NCBI GenBank assembly: GCA_030295235.1
Contig: AP026153.1
Span: 620,001-684,000 of the forward strand
DNA: 64,000 nt
Direction: 5' to 3'
DNA from: Fistulifera solaris
Lineage: Eukaryota
How positions within the stretch are numbered: position 1 is the stretch's first letter; each line of letters opens with the position of its first letter. Below are positions 38,051 through 51,990 of the stretch, in pieces. Both the position numbers and the translations under genes were made by a program. The notes under the pieces are model-generated. The model searched no databases, had not been told where the DNA came from, and worked only from the letters and a program-made list of their open reading frames with translations.

Positions 38051-40919
38051 CTAATCACTACCGGTTGAGAGTTCACTGAAACGCAAGATTTGATTGTACA
38101 TGTTAGAATTGAGGCGATCAACGCGCAAACGATCACAGTCATTTGTGATAGACAACTTACCGTTCTACGGCTTCAGCGATGCGTGATCGCCATTGAGCGA
38201 AATGGTCGTCTCCGTTTGTTGTTGGAGCATCCTCCATCAGTACATCGACTAGCCGGAGCAAAACTGGACTTGCATCTTTACCGGGAGGGGACAGTTCGTA
38301 AAAAATCGGAGGGGATACACGATAGCTGCTAGCCGCGTCCTTTATTGCTACCGCTAAAGCTGGACTAATGTGAGCTGGTTCAGGACTTCGGGTGGTGACA
38401 ATATGCGCCGCATGCAGCATTAAGATTTGATCAGGTGCATCCAAGAACAACAGCAGAGGGCGCTTTGATGTCTGATCGTACTCCATCACAGCCTCCTGCA
38501 CGGCAGTTGAAGACAAATCCATAACATCCATTATAGGCTCATCCTCCAGTTCGTGGCTACCAGGTTTAGTGCTAGGGACTCTGGGGCTACTCTCCCACAA
38601 TTGTAGACGGGGTGCAATAGCCCGGGCCAAGACACTAGGAACCATATTCGACATTTGACAGAGCGTTTGTAAACGGTAGTCCAAACGAGTCGGAAAAGAC
38701 CGCAAGGCATCACATTGCGTCAATAGAAACACCATCAGTGGTGTCAATGCAAGCTTAGCATGACCTTGACCAAGCAGCACATCTTTCGGATTTAACCCAC
38801 CAGCACGATCTAGCAAGCGCTCCGCCGCATGGAAATATCCAGCTCCCGCAGCTTCCACATTCTTCTCCTTTTGTTCTTGTTCCACGATAGCCTGCTCCTC
38901 GGCAGATTGGTAAGCGCAAACCAGAAGGGACTGCAGCCACTGTTCCGCTAGCGTAAAATGGTCTTCACTTTCATCTTGCATCGATGCAAGCACTAGTTTA
39001 TGAAAGAGGACAACGGCTAGTGCTTCTGGGTCAAGAGAATCATAAAGATCTTCAACATTGTAAGCTAAGGGCATTCGACGACTTGAGATGCGCATTCGTC
39101 GAACCGTAAAATGTTCTCCGGTTGCAGCATCCTTAACAATAGTGGTGTAGGCAAAGCAAGTCTGTAATACTGGCTTGAGCTGAACTTGTCCAAATCCACT
39201 GACGAGCATGCGTTGTTGCACCGAGGATTTCTCTAACGTCAAATCGACAGCAAGATTGGTATGCGAATCGCAAACCCCCATACGCCACAACTGACTCGAA
39301 TCTTCCTCCGGACAAATAGGGCCTATCATTCCACCTTGTGAATAAAGCAATGACAGTTGAGGCCGCGGCTGATGTTGCTTTGTATGGGCGACGACAGGTT
39401 CGGAATCCACAATAAAACCAGGGGACAATCGAACGCGCAGTTCAGCCCCAAAGACGCATTTCCAGGGTGCAATCTGGTGTAAATGAGAAGTCATATAGGA
39501 TTTATCCACTTCTCCGTTGGAATGAATCGGAATATTGACAGGTCCATGTGGACATCCACTATTGGAAAGCAACGCAATGGCCACAGCACATTCAGCAGTT
39601 TCTTGACACAAAAGCAAATCAACTCCCATAGATGCCGATGCACATTGTTTCCCTAGATCGGCATATACCTGATCCCAATCTCCAAACTCTTCTAAAGCAG
39701 ATGGCGTCCACCCGGCGTTGTATTGTGTCCTATGTATTCCGTTTGTTGTGTCGCTAGGGACGGCTTCCTCGTCTGGTGTTGAGCCTACTGATTCCGTCGA
39801 ATGCGATCCATCAGTGACAGAGAAACGCGACCCTAAGGGTACTGTACCATGAACTCGACCACCCAAACAGTAAGCGGCGGAATCACGTCTTTGGTTCACG
39901 GAAGATGATTTCAATTTCCATTCCGAGGGTCGACTGGCGAGAAAGCACGTCAATTTCGCCCCACAATACGGTAAAGCCGATTGTGCTGTCGGAGTAGCAG
40001 CTGTAGGTGTTGACGCGGTTCGAGCTTGTCGTCCAGCAGCTACCGCGTTCTCTTCCAAGGCCGATAGTACGACTTGTGTCGTCCAAACCAAGGGAAAGCC
40101 CGTCCCCGTAGCCGAATACTGCTCTAATGACTGCAAAGCCGTATGCACCTGTGCGCGATACTCCGACAAGGGGACACAGGAATGCAAGACGGCTTGCAAT
40201 AGATCCTGTTGTGACCTTGTGCAGTCGGCTTGGGACGACATTTGAATGAAATAAGGGACATTCGAAGTGAGTTGGTAGATCGAGAGTTTCATGATCGAAT
40301 CGAGTGAATTGTTGTGTGTACTTGGATTCTCATCTTTCTCGTTCACAGCAGACGGAGAGGCGAGCGTGTGCGCTATAAACAAACTGAGGTGAACATGCGG
40401 CGGAGCCTGTTCGAGTACTTGCAGTATTGCACAAGATGTGGCCTTCCAGTACTGTGAATTGCGACAGGATCCATCCAGCACAAAGAACCAAAGTGGTGGA
40501 CACGTCATGGCGGGGACACGATAGAGAGTCGACGGCGAGGAAGAAGATGAAGACGATATCCGCAAGGGCAAATGAAAGACTTGTCCCGATGGGGATGTCT
40601 CTGATTGTTTGTCTTGTTGTTGTTGAAAAGAATCAGAAGAAGACGAGACGCGTCCACACAAATAACACAAAATCAGTGACGAAGAACCCAATTGAAAATG
40701 CGTCGTTCGATTCGGATGCGGTGCTCCACATTGCGAACACTTTAGTATTTGTGTCAAATAACGCGGTTCTTCTTCTTCCTCTGTAGTATCATGATTCGTC
40801 GGGGGCAAAGGCGTCAGAGAGACAGCAAACGGTAAATTGGAGTCATCGAGTATTTGTGTATTCACAGGAAAGCGAGCGGTTACGGGTCGTATACTCTCAT
40901 TCCAGAATTCGCGTGTCAT
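38051..40919 (-). CDS. Divergent Sec23/Sec24-family protein (Zn finger, trunk/vWA-like, beta-sandwich, helical); intron 38076-38160
   Basis: SIRPVTARFP...LPFAVSLTPL, CSQC...CYLC zinc finger, FFVLDGS, FGAELRVRLSPG, LQTCFAYT...RRMRI and LFLDAPDQI motifs; last exon after GTAAG...CAG ends in TAG at 38051. Confidence 0.75.
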
Positions 40920-42153
40920 TATCTCGATTTTGAAGGAAAAAGCGATGCAAAAACAAGACAAAGAGATTAATGAGAGGCATAAGTTTGCTATTGTAGTGCA
41001 ATAGAAACAATGATGCCCTTTCGTCGCTTTTCCTCTCAACGGATGCCCTTTCTGCATAATGACGAATGACGACTGTTTCGTGAGCGAATTCAGTCGCGGA
41101 GAAACGTCGCATACATTTCAGCTCATAGTCGTTTGACAAGCACGAACAATCCGAAACCTCTATGCACGCATAAACCGATAAAATGCAGATTGCGGAAGGA
41201 TTCTCATTAGCAGTTACCTCCGAATTGGGATTGCATGATATTTCATTTTTGGGATCGCATTTGAAGACGTATTTGTCGCTTTTAATCGCTTGTCAATGCC
41301 GTTGATCATGACTGAACCATTTTGAAGCACCTTGTCCAATCGATGCGCAGTGCTCATGAGCTAGTATTTTACAATTCAAATGGCATGAATGTAACGTTTA
41401 GCTGCATTTTTGGGCAAACTGTCCTCTTGGTTGCTCGTAAATGCTTACGGATCATCCTCTTAAATATTTACTATAGAGCAAAGTGTTGGTTTATGGCAAC
41501 GGTAGGCTCGACAGCCTTTCAGTCACGAGTAAAATAGACAACCAAATTTGTTCGAGTTTACGTAGCCTAACATGTATGAACGTCTGTCTTACAGTACCTG
41601 CTAACACCTATTAGCATGAAATAATATATAGTTGCATTCCCATTAAATATTTTGTTCCTCTTGCTCATGAACGCGTGCGGATCGTCGTCTTGCATAAATC
41701 TACTATAGACCAAAGTGTAGGTTCAATCGGAACACGACTGCCTTTCCGTCATGAATAATTGAAAACCTTTTTCGGAGCACACGAATACGATTGCGCTGAT
41801 TATCAATGAAATTGTTGCCTTTGTATTACGGCATCGTTGTTGTCGAGGGTGCAGACTAGCGCAAAGCATTGTCGGGCAACAAGCATCCATCCATCGCAAG
41901 TCGCAAGCCTAAACGCCTGTCCGTCGCTCATCAGCGGAGTGAAGTTTACCTTGGTACTTCCACGTGGAAGTGTTTTCGACCGAAGGAAAAAGCGAAATGA
42001 TGCGTGCGGAAGGCGGACGAGCCCCACGACGAGCCAACAAAACGCGCATTGAAAGAGAAAAAGAGGAGATCATTACGATTGATTGAATACAAATCGTCCT
42101 TTCTATTGTATTCTTTGTTTGTTGTTTTCTTCGTGAAACACTCGTTAGGCAAA

Positions 42154-45100
42154 ATGACTTCTCTTCCCGCAAATTTAGACTTTCCCGCAATGGAGAGTAA
42201 AATTTGTGATGAATGGAAAGAAAACGATACGTTTCAGACGCAAAATAAACTGAGTTTAGAGCGCAACGATGAGGTGTGTCTTGTTAATGTAAATGCAGAC
42301 CTCTTGTCGCTCTTGTTCTGAAAGTGTGTTTATCTCTTTTTCCTTCGTCTTTCATTCTCTTAACACACATATACCCACAGCGCTTTACGTTTTACGATGG
42401 TCCTCCCTTTGCGACCGGTTTGCCGCATTACGGTCACATTCTCGCCGGCACCATCAAAGATACGGTCACGCGTTACGCTGCCATGACGGGGCATTACGTC
42501 AGTCGTCGGGCCGGTTGGGATTGTCACGGATTGCCCGTCGAGTACGAAATCGATCAGATGCTCAACATTACGCATCGCGATCAAGTACTCGAAATGGGGA
42601 TTGATAAGTACAACGATACGTGTCGCAGTATTGTGACGCGATACACGGAGGAATGGGAAACCACGATCCTTCGTTTGGGACGCTGGATTGATTTTCAGAA
42701 TGATTACAAGACGATGGACCTGGACTTTATGGAGAGTGTTTGGTGGGTGTTTCGTCAGCTTTTCGACAAGCAACTCGTCTATCAAGGATATAAAGTCATG
42801 CCTTACTCGACCGCATGTACAACTCCGCTCAGTAACTTTGAAGCCGGTCTCAATTACAAGGATGTCAAAGATCCGGCCGTTGTGGTGAGTTTCCCCGTCA
42901 AGGAAGGCAACGCCAAGTTCGTCAACGCCAGTCTTCTCGCGTGGACGACGACACCGTGGACATTGCCTTCCAACTTGGCACTCTGTGTCAACCCGCAGAT
43001 GGAATATGTTCTTCTTACGGACAAGAAGACACAACACAAATACATTTTGGCGAAATCGAGATTGCCGCAAATCTACGAAGCCATGAACAACAAGAAAAAG
43101 TGGAAACCGGAAATGGCCGACGAGTTATTTGAAGTTCATGAAAGTTTTCCTGGAACAGAGTTGGTGGGTTTGCGTTATGAACCCTTGTTTCAGTTTTTTG
43201 AATCACCGAACTACTTTCAAGTCATTTCCGACTCGTACGTAACTGACGATGCCGGTACCGGAGTGGTTCATCAAGCGCCGGCTTTTGGTGAAGACGATTA
43301 CCGCGTGTGTTTGGCGCACGGAGTTATTCAGAAAGGTTCAGATATTCCGTGCCCGGTGGATGCGAATGGAAATTTCACGGATCCAGTCGAACCCGTGAAA
43401 GGAGTGCACGTCAAGGCAGCGGATCCTACTCTCATTCAACTGATCAAAGACAAGGGTCGCCTGGTACAAAAGGCTGTTCTGGATCACAGTTATCCATTCT
43501 GCTGGAGATCGGATACTCCGCTCATTTACAAAGCAGTTCCCTCGTGGTTTGTGAAAGTCGAAGAAATTCGTGATCAGGTCGTGGCTTGCAATCAAGAAAC
43601 CTACTGGGTTCCGAACGAGGTCAAAGAAGGACGTTTCCACAATTGGCTATCGGACGCACGTGATTGGGCTGTTTCGCGTAATCGCTTTTGGGGTACGCCG
43701 ATTCCTATCTGGGCCAATGAAGATTTGTCGGAAGTGGTTTGCATCGGAAGCTTGGACGAATTAGAGGAGAAAACTGGAGTCCGTGTAACAGACTTGCATC
43801 GAGAAACAGTTGATTCATTGACTATTCCAAGTCAGAAGAATCCTGGAACTGTACTTAGACGCGTTGAAGAAGTCTTTGACTGTTGGTTTGAGTCCGGTTC
43901 GATGCCATATGCGCAAAGTCACTATCCATTTGAAGATAAAGAGGGATGGGAAAGGGTTTCCCGGCTGATTTTATCGCCGAGGGGTTGGATCAGACTCGTG
44001 GCTGGTTTTACACGCTCATGGTTCTCTCAACGGCCCTTTTTGGCAAGCCGGCGTTCAAGAACAACATCGTTAACGGTATGGTGTTGGCAGCCGACGGACA
44101 GAAAATGTCAAAGCGCAAGAAGAATTATCCGGATCCCAACCTCGTCATATCCAAGTACGGCGCTGACGCCCTTCGTATGTACTTGGTCAATTCACCCGTT
44201 GTTCGTGCGGAATCTTTGAAATTCAAAGAGGAAGGTGTATTGGGAGTCGTCAAAGAAGTCTTTTGCCCCTTTACAATGTGTTCAGATTCTTCTTACAAAA
44301 CGTGGAACGTTGGGAAACAGAGTCAGGCATCAAGTTCGTGCCGGATGCAGTTAAGTTTCGCTCCACCCGAAACGCCACTGACGTTTGGATTGTCGCGGAA
44401 ACGCAGGGGCTCATTCAGTATGTTCATGCCGAAATGAAAGCCTACCGGTTGTACACGGTGATGCCCGCTCTTGTCAAGTTCGGGACGCAGCTGACGAATT
44501 GGTACCTACGCCTCAACCGCGACCGCTTGAAAGGACAGGAAGGTGACGAACAGGCTGAGTCTGACACCGAGGTGGGGTTGCAAGTTCTCTACGACGTGTT
44601 GATGGACGTTTCGACGATGATGGCCCCGTTCACACCGTTCTTGACGGAGTATTTTTACCAGCATCTGCGTAAATATCAGCCATCTTACGCCGAAGCTGCC
44701 AACGGGGAGGTACATCGAATCCCGTCAAGCCAGGCAAAAGTGATTCTATCCACTTTTTACGTCTTCCTGATTACGATGAAACACGGCTTAACCCTCACGC
44801 GGTGGAAGCAATGGAAACATTGCAAAACATTGTGGAACAAGGTCGAAACGCACGCGAGAAACGTAATCTCAGCCTTAAGTTCCCCATCAAAAGTGTTAAA
44901 GTCATTCTTCGAAATCCTCCCGAGCATGTTGTTGCAGCGATAACTGGTCCGCTGAAGAAATACATTTTGAGCGAACTCAATGCTTGGGATCTTACTGTTG
45001 TACCAAAAGAAGAGCACCACGACTGGTCACGCTTTCGCTATCGCCAAACTTCAAAGAACTAGGCTCGCGCTTAAAGCAAAAAATGAAGGCTGTAAAAGCA

Positions 45101-45858
45101 GCGATCACTGCCCTCACGCATGATGTAAGTGCTTTTTATCTGATTTACATCTCGGAATACATTTCGTAACTAACACAATTTACGCCACGTGCCACCGTAT
45201 TCACAGGAAGCGGTCAAAGTCATTGAAGATGGTTCCATTGAGGTTGAAGGCGAAGTGCTTAACGCAGAGACAGAGCTGGAGTCAAAGATTGACTTTTCCC
45301 GAGCGGGAGAGGAGTGGGAGGCGACGTCAAAGATGGACGGCTCTTTGGTTGTGGTTATTGATTGTACGCAAGACGAGGCAACTCTTTCGTCTGGTATGTC
45401 TCGTGAGCTCATGAATGGTATTCAGCAATTGAGAAAAGCTGCCGGACTTGAGCTGAAGGACGTCGTAGAAGTGTTTTTCACAGAGCACGATGATGTAGAT
45501 GTCGTCGAGAAAGTTGTGGCAAGAAATGTGTCTCTTTTTCCGCGAAATTTAAAGGTTCTGTGCCACTTCCTTCGCGATTCGCTCCGAAATGGGCTGTTTC
45601 TCTCAAGTGCGACACTATTGAAGTAGGAGGATCTCGTGTCGACGTTACCATCTGTCGTCCAGCGGTAGCTGTGAAAGATGATCTAGGGAAGCACCGGTCA
45701 ATGTATTGTCTACTTTAGAACCTTTCACACTTGGCAACGGGGCGACGTTCGAATGTACTATTGATGGTGAACGCTTTTCTTTAAAGGAAGGAGTTGACTT
45801 CTGGAAAAGTAGCGCAGCAAAAGTTCGGAGCATGAAGCTCGTGGATTGGCTTTCGTAA
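42154..45858 (+). CDS. IARS1: Isoleucyl-tRNA synthetase, cytosolic type; introns 42274-42380 and 45125-45207, several frameshifts
   Basis: [16 protein letters not shown] (HIGH), [46 protein letters not shown] and KMSKRK. Confidence 0.97.
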
Positions 45859-46016
45859 TAAATATACAAATGAAGGCTTCCAAATTTCAATTTTATATTT
45901 AAATTAATTACCTTAGGAGGCCAAGCTGGCCGAGTACGCGCCGCACCTTGCATGCAGATTTTACCAAGTATTCGTTACTTGCAATCATTTGCAGGTTGGG
46001 GTGTATAAGCAATCTT

Positions 46017-47338
46017 CTACCCAATACTTTTCGACAGGCCAATGGGAGACAAACTCTTTTCTCTCGCCATGCCCATGACTCTCCTCTTGTAGCTACTGAG
46101 TTCCAGCACCTTGAATGTACGCCCTGCACATCGTTCTCGTCGTGCCAGTAATTCTAAATCTCTTTGCATCAACGTTCCATCCTTGTCAACATCTAGTTCA
46201 CGAAACATCTTTCTAAGTTTATCCCACAATTCTTCATCAACCTTTCCCATTGTCTTGAGCATGTATTCAATAAATTCGAGTTCCGTGACATCTCCGTCTT
46301 TGTCAGTGTCCATTTTTTTGAGGTCGTCAACGGTAATTCGACTGTCGAACAGCTGCGTTTGTGCCTGTTTGAGTTGCCGATCGATGAATCTATGTGCAAT
46401 GGTTGCGACAACTTCCGTGACAACCGCCACCGAAAGAGGGATAAAAACAATACAGAGCCAGCGCGTGCGGTCGGAGACGGGTCGAAAATCCCCGTATCCG
46501 ATCGTGAGGGCCGTTTGAAAGGTCCAGTACAAGGATTCAATCGGCGTCCATCCTTCCAGTGTCATCATAGCTACCGTTCCGGTCATCATGATAAGAAAGA
46601 CTCGACACAATGGCGCAAACAGAGTGGAGTTATTGAGAAGCCATTCGTGCACAATTTCGTTATCGTCACAAAGAGCGTCCATTTCGGTGGAAGTATCGTC
46701 GTGTGCGAGTTCATGTATCATTTCGGAGGCGATTTCGCCATTGCGCTTCTCCCATTTGTTCATTTGGTAAGAAATGTAAGCTTGACCGACGACACCGAGC
46801 AGCATACCTGTCATACAGACCCCACAGGCGGCGTATAACATTGTAAATACTTTCATTGCGTCTGTCGAAGGATACAAGTCTCCGTAACCTGCAAGTAGAA
46901 CGAATGAGGCGATAGCGCAATAAGAACATGTAGGAAACGAGTCATACACGAACCTATAGTGGAAAGAGTGACCATGACAAAGTACAAAGAATCCAGAATC
47001 CTCCATCCTTCTCCTATTGCATAAATGATAGCTCCGACATTAATGAACACGATACTCGCCAGTCCTAATGGTTTGATCACATCAACAGTAAATCTTCGTA
47101 CCGATTGTTTTGCTTCATGTAACGATGTTTGTAAGGACCGTGTCGAAGAGCGTTGCTGACTGTAATGTCCATTCAAGACGGCACGTCGCACAATATTCCA
47201 GTGTCGTTGCGATCTCGTCAGTCCGTCTTGCCCGGACATCAAATTGTAGTTGCATTGACTATCATTATTATTTGTTATCTCATTGTATCTTAACGGTAAA
47301 ATAGGAGGAAGAGGACCTTCCTTGGGTTTGAATTGCAT
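46017..47338 (-). CDS. Two-pore-domain potassium channel (TPK/KCO-like) with C-terminal EF-hands; intron 46889-46953
   Basis: Two pore motifs, TLSTIG|YGD (split by the intron) and TALTIGYGD; four TM segments; EF-hand loops DTDKDGDVTELE and DVDKDGTLMQRD. Confidence 0.92.
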
Positions 47339-47819
47339 TCTTATCGCCTTGTTGTGGTTGTTGGTTGTTGGTGTTTCGTTCAATGATGTTGTGAAGGAAG
47401 AGGCATTTAGAGACGAGAGCTATTTTTATAGACGCGTTGAAGACACGACTTACAATAATGACGGATCGGGCTGGCTCGGAAACGTGGAAGTCCGGCGGAA
47501 ATGGAGACCCCGTGTGAACGTGAGCTCCTCAACGGAAAGCACTAAAAGAAACCGAGCCGGCCGAACCCCTGGGCATAACAAAAATCAAACCTTTTGTTGC
47601 TCCGCTGCTCGCTCCGAGTATTTACAACATCTACAGTAGAGGGAAGGACGTTAAAATTCTGCATCCCAGTCGCAGTACAAGATTCGACGTAGCGTCCACG
47701 ACGAGGCAGAAGTTTAACGTCCTTTCCATGAAAATTGAACACTTCGTGATGATGCATGATAAAATGCTTCAAGACTCAAGACTGGCAACGCCAGAAAAAG
47801 AGGCAGCCGGCAGCCCATC

Positions 47820-48030
47820 ATCCAGATAATGCTTGTTCAAGCAGTTCAAGAATTTCTTGAACATCGTTGAATTTGCTGAATATCCAACGATATGGTTCCA
47901 AAAATATCAGGAAAGTACACAGAATTACTGTATGTCCAAAAATACAGTTTCCAGAATTTCTGGAAGATGCGCAGAATTTCTGTATGATTAGAAACAATTT
48001 GTCAGAATTTCTGGAAACTGCATTCTGGAT
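47820..48030. repeat. Degenerate CAGAATTTCTG cluster (reverse-orientation member of the CAGAAATTCTG family)
   Basis: ttccagaatttctggaa, gcagaatttctgtatgat and tcagaatttctggaa. Confidence 0.75.
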
Positions 48031-48564
48031 TTGAAATTGGACGACAGCGAACAGAACAGGGCTATAGCGAGGCTCATGCTACTTCCGTACTTTCCGTTCT
48101 TCTACTTCCGTACGAAGTACTTTCGTACTTTCCGTTCTTCTACTTCGGTACGAAGTACTTTTAGTATATCAAATTACAATCCTCGTCACTAGCATCTGTT
48201 CATCTTTCATCTGTTCAGCAACAGCAACAGTTCACTCTTCACAGAGACGCATGTTTTTCTGAAATTTGAAAATTTTATTCTGGATGTTGGTTGGTAGAAA
48301 AGTTGTGTAAAATCCTACGGTGAAATGCGCGACTTGACAACAGCAGCTGCGTCTCCCGCGCTAACACCACACAAGCTTGTCGACCCACGGAGACAACAAA
48401 GCGTCAAGCTTCCAACACAAAGGAACGTTAAACTGTAGAGCACGTGTAACTTTTCACGTCTGCTCGACTAGTTGAAGGGTGTATTTCAATCTCGGTCCTT
48501 GTTAGGTAAAAGTTTCCATTGTTTGGCTTGTTGTGGAGCGAAATAGCCTGGCAACACACCAAGG

Positions 48565-49279
48565 ATGGAATACGCTAGAGTCGCTGCCTTGATACTCCCA
48601 CATCTCCCAGTCCTCAGGGAAACTTTCGACTTCTCTGGCAAGAAGACTGTGCGGAAGGAGATAGAACGGGCAAGAGCCATCAGCCCGATTGGATATGGGA
48701 CGACCATGATGACTTGGAGGACCGAGAGCTGGTTTCTTGCCGTGCGAAATGGGAGCAATTGGAACATGACACCACAAGGTGAAGGCCCCAAGAACAACCA
48801 CCGTTGGGGATCTGGCGGCGCGATAAAGGCACTGTGCTCCAAGACGCATCTACTCATCTGGAAGTTGGACTCGTGTCTTCAGCTGTACGATGCGCGCCTC
48901 TCCTCGATCTCCAGTAACAACCTGATTCGACGATCAGAGATGGTGCCGATTCCAATGGATCCCACAGACAGGCAAGGCTCCAGGCGCAAAAAAACACAGC
49001 TGGGCCCTTGGTGGTCGCTGGATTGACGATAAGCATGCCAATTTGGTGCCAGATGCCGATGTGAAAGTCACGCTCCATATTTTGGTGGAAGGGAGCGATG
49101 GTGCCTTTGTGGGGCACACGGAATCTGGAAGAATCAATGCACGCACATTGGCCTCCCGGCCATCCTTGGAGGCCCTCTTAAGTGCCGTAGGCGATCCCGC
49201 CACCATGGATCTTCCAGCTCGATGCCACATCTACTTCTCCACTGAACCCATGGTTATTGGCCGCAAAACTGTTGGATAG
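48565..49279 (+). other. Possible fragmented hypothetical gene or pseudogene
   Basis: Two consecutive protein-like ORFs (153 aa and 78 aa) on the same strand in a GC-richer block; no family recognised. Confidence 0.25.
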
Positions 49280-49777
49280 GTTTCTTCTTTTCCCCCGTCT
49301 TGCCTGCTCATTCTTGTCGAGGACCCCCCAAAACAAAACGGTGCAGCCGCTACGCTTAGTGACTCAATCATAGGTCGACTTGTTTGCAACTGCCCCAGAG
49401 TTCTGTTTTGTCTATAGTAAAGAGAGCCAGCCTACAATGTGACTAGAAACCAACCGGTACTAAACGTGCGCGCTCGCTCACCGCTCACCGCTCACTCATT
49501 CACTTCGTATATCTTTCGTCCGTCTGTCACCCGAAAAGTCGCCTCGATCCCTGGAAATACTTGTGTTGCTAAGGGTTAGGGTTAGAAGTTAGAAGGCCTT
49601 TTTCGTCGTTCTTTCTAGCGATTTTTGCATCCGATAACGAAAAGCATGAAACGAGAAAGAAAACGCACTTCATCTCCAATTAGCAGGTATGCACTTTAGG
49701 TATGCCATAGCCACCAAACATTTGTTTACTTTCAAATGACGATGGCTTTACGAGCCCATACAGTAGATTGAGAAATC

Positions 49778-50856
49778 ATGGCTTCGTCAACGCCGCACAT
49801 TGATGCAAGTTCAAAAGAAGCTCACAGGCTGCTGCCGACGGCAAATGCCTGGGATGCGGACAACAACTTTTCGTCTTCAAAGAAAAGACCAAACTATTTT
49901 CCCTGTCTCGTAAAGCGCAAGAATATCGCAAAGTGCCCATCTCTGTACCCAATCTAGTCGAGAAAGGACAATGTTTGAAGTGCGCGACCGATCGAACGGT
50001 TTCGGTGAGCTTATCAAGAACGAAATACTCCATGTGCTCGCTCAGTTCAATTCCCGAGCCTCCTGTTCTCGGCGGATCTATAATTGTAAAGAACAGAACT
50101 GCAAGCGAGAAGACATCGACGAGAGAAAGTAGCGAGGAAAAGGAGTTGGACGACTCGTGTTGCGTGGGGAATGGTGACAATAACGCCATTTACAAAGGAC
50201 AATACAAAAATCACATGAGACATGGGGAAGGCGAGCTGTTGTGGACGAACGGTGATAAATACAAGGGATCATTCCGTGATAATATGATGGATGGAAAGGG
50301 AACGCTTGTTTTTGGTGATGACCGTGGAGGAGAATACGTCGGGGAATGGTGCTTCAATCAAATGCACGGACAGGGGGACTCGCAGCTACCGCAATGGTGA
50401 CGTCTTCGTCGGATCTTACCAAAAAGGTTCGCGGGAAGGCGAAGGGCGCTTTACTTTGCCAACGGTGACCTGTATTGGGGTGAGTTTCGAAAGAACTTGA
50501 TGCACGGAGCCGGGCGGTATTACTTCGCTGGTGGCCAATCGTTTGCGGGTACGTTTGTGAATGGAAAACGTATGGGCAAAGGCAAAATACAGCGCAATGA
50601 CGGTTCCATTGAAATTTATCAATATGTAAATAATTCCCGGGTCGGACAGGGTGTCCGATGGTCCAAGGATCGTACAAAGGCGTGGAGGTTATGGAAGAAA
50701 GCCGGCGTTTCACCCAAGAGCACGGGCAGCACTGGAAAATCTACCGAAGAACGAAAAATGTCGGTAACTGAAGCAGCGACTTTGGTTCAAGAAATTGAAC
50801 AAGCGTCAAAGGAGATATTGGCAACGTACGATGTTCTGCACACTCCGAATTTATGA
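49778..50856 (+). CDS. MORN-repeat protein with N-terminal CxxC...CxxC domain; frameshifts
   Basis: GKCLGCG...GQCLKC, then MORN repeats YKGQYKNHMRHGEG, YKGSFRDNMMDGKG, YVGEWCFNQMHGQG and FAGTFVNGKRMGKG. Confidence 0.85.
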
Positions 50857-51639
50857 AAAAGCGTACTAGTCAATTCATCAATTAATGCTGACTTGTATAT
50901 TACCACTTGCGACTCCTTTCTCCACCAGAGGAATGGAAATGTTAAACCTGCGCGGCGGAAAAGTCATCATCCCCTGGGAATGGCACGTATGATCGACAAA
51001 GAGAGTCCTGCTTTCAAGGCTTACCCACATGAATGTCAAATTCCGCGTGCGACCGCGTCTTGGCCGCGGTCAATAAAATGATGAGCCTCGATTCTCGCAT
51101 CGAGAGACTGGTATGATAGCGACACGCTTGTCCTAGTTGTTGCGCCGGTTGTGCGATGTCAGGAATCGCTAAATAAGGTCCAAGGGGTCTGGAAAGTCCG
51201 GTGCGGAGACGAGTTTTTAGAGTATTCTGACGAATTCGCTTCTGTACGTCTGTCAGATGGTCTTCGAAAGGGCCAGTGTAACGTGCTTTGAAGGTTGTGG
51301 ACGTAGGGATCCATTCCTGTGTTGCATCCTCAGTTTATTGCCCAAGTTTGTTGACTCGTATTGCATTACGGCCCGAAAAAGGCATTGTCAGTTGAGGGAC
51401 GACACAACGAAGTAAATAATGGGCCAGATTTGTCTAAAAATTGTCTTCTCCTCCAACGCGAGATGATTTCCGGCACAGTAATGAAGAAACTTAGAGAAAG
51501 TGACAACACTCATAAAAGGCAAGAATTCTACGTAGTTGTAGTAAGACAATGGATTATAGAACCTTGAAAATTAACGTTGCTCCGCTCCGCATCGCATTCG
51601 CATGTAATTTGTTACGAAAGTGTAGCGTCGACGGTGATG

Positions 51640-51990
51640 ACTTCCAGAATTTCTAGACCAATGGCAGAATTTCTGTGTGATCAAAATACCGATTCCAGAA
51701 TATCTGGAATTAGGAAAAATGATATCCAAAACGCAAACACCGATTCCAGAATTTCTGGAACGTGCACAAAATCTTTGTGCGACGCATAGCACCCTATCAG
51801 AAATAGCTGAAAGTTTCACAGAATTTCTGCACGACACGAAACACCAATTCCAGATTTTCTGGAAAATGCTCAAAATCATTGTCTGACGGAAAGCCCCGCT
51901 ACCGAAGTATTTGAAACGTGCACAGAATCTCCGTGCCATCCCAACCACCTAATCCAAAATATCAGGAACTCTCGCAGGACTTCTGTACGA
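51640..51990. repeat. Degenerate CAGAATTTCTG cluster (reverse orientation)
   Basis: ttccagaatttctag, gcagaatttctgtgtgatc, ttccagaatatctggaa and ttccagaatttctggaacgtgcac, the reverse complement of motifs in the 5135-6480 array. Confidence 0.8.

Noticed and set aside
43940..45700. Programmed frameshifting or pseudogenisation of IleRS
   Set aside because: Shifts fall mostly at homopolymers and all catalytic motifs are intact; sequencing error is more parsimonious.
48078..48162. Short duplicated tactttccgttcttctacttc.gtacgaagtact segment
   Set aside because: Two-copy ~36-bp local slippage duplication with no further structure.
49569..49595. Telomere-like AGGGTTAGGGTTAG
   Set aside because: Only about two units in a promoter region; too short to call an interstitial telomere.
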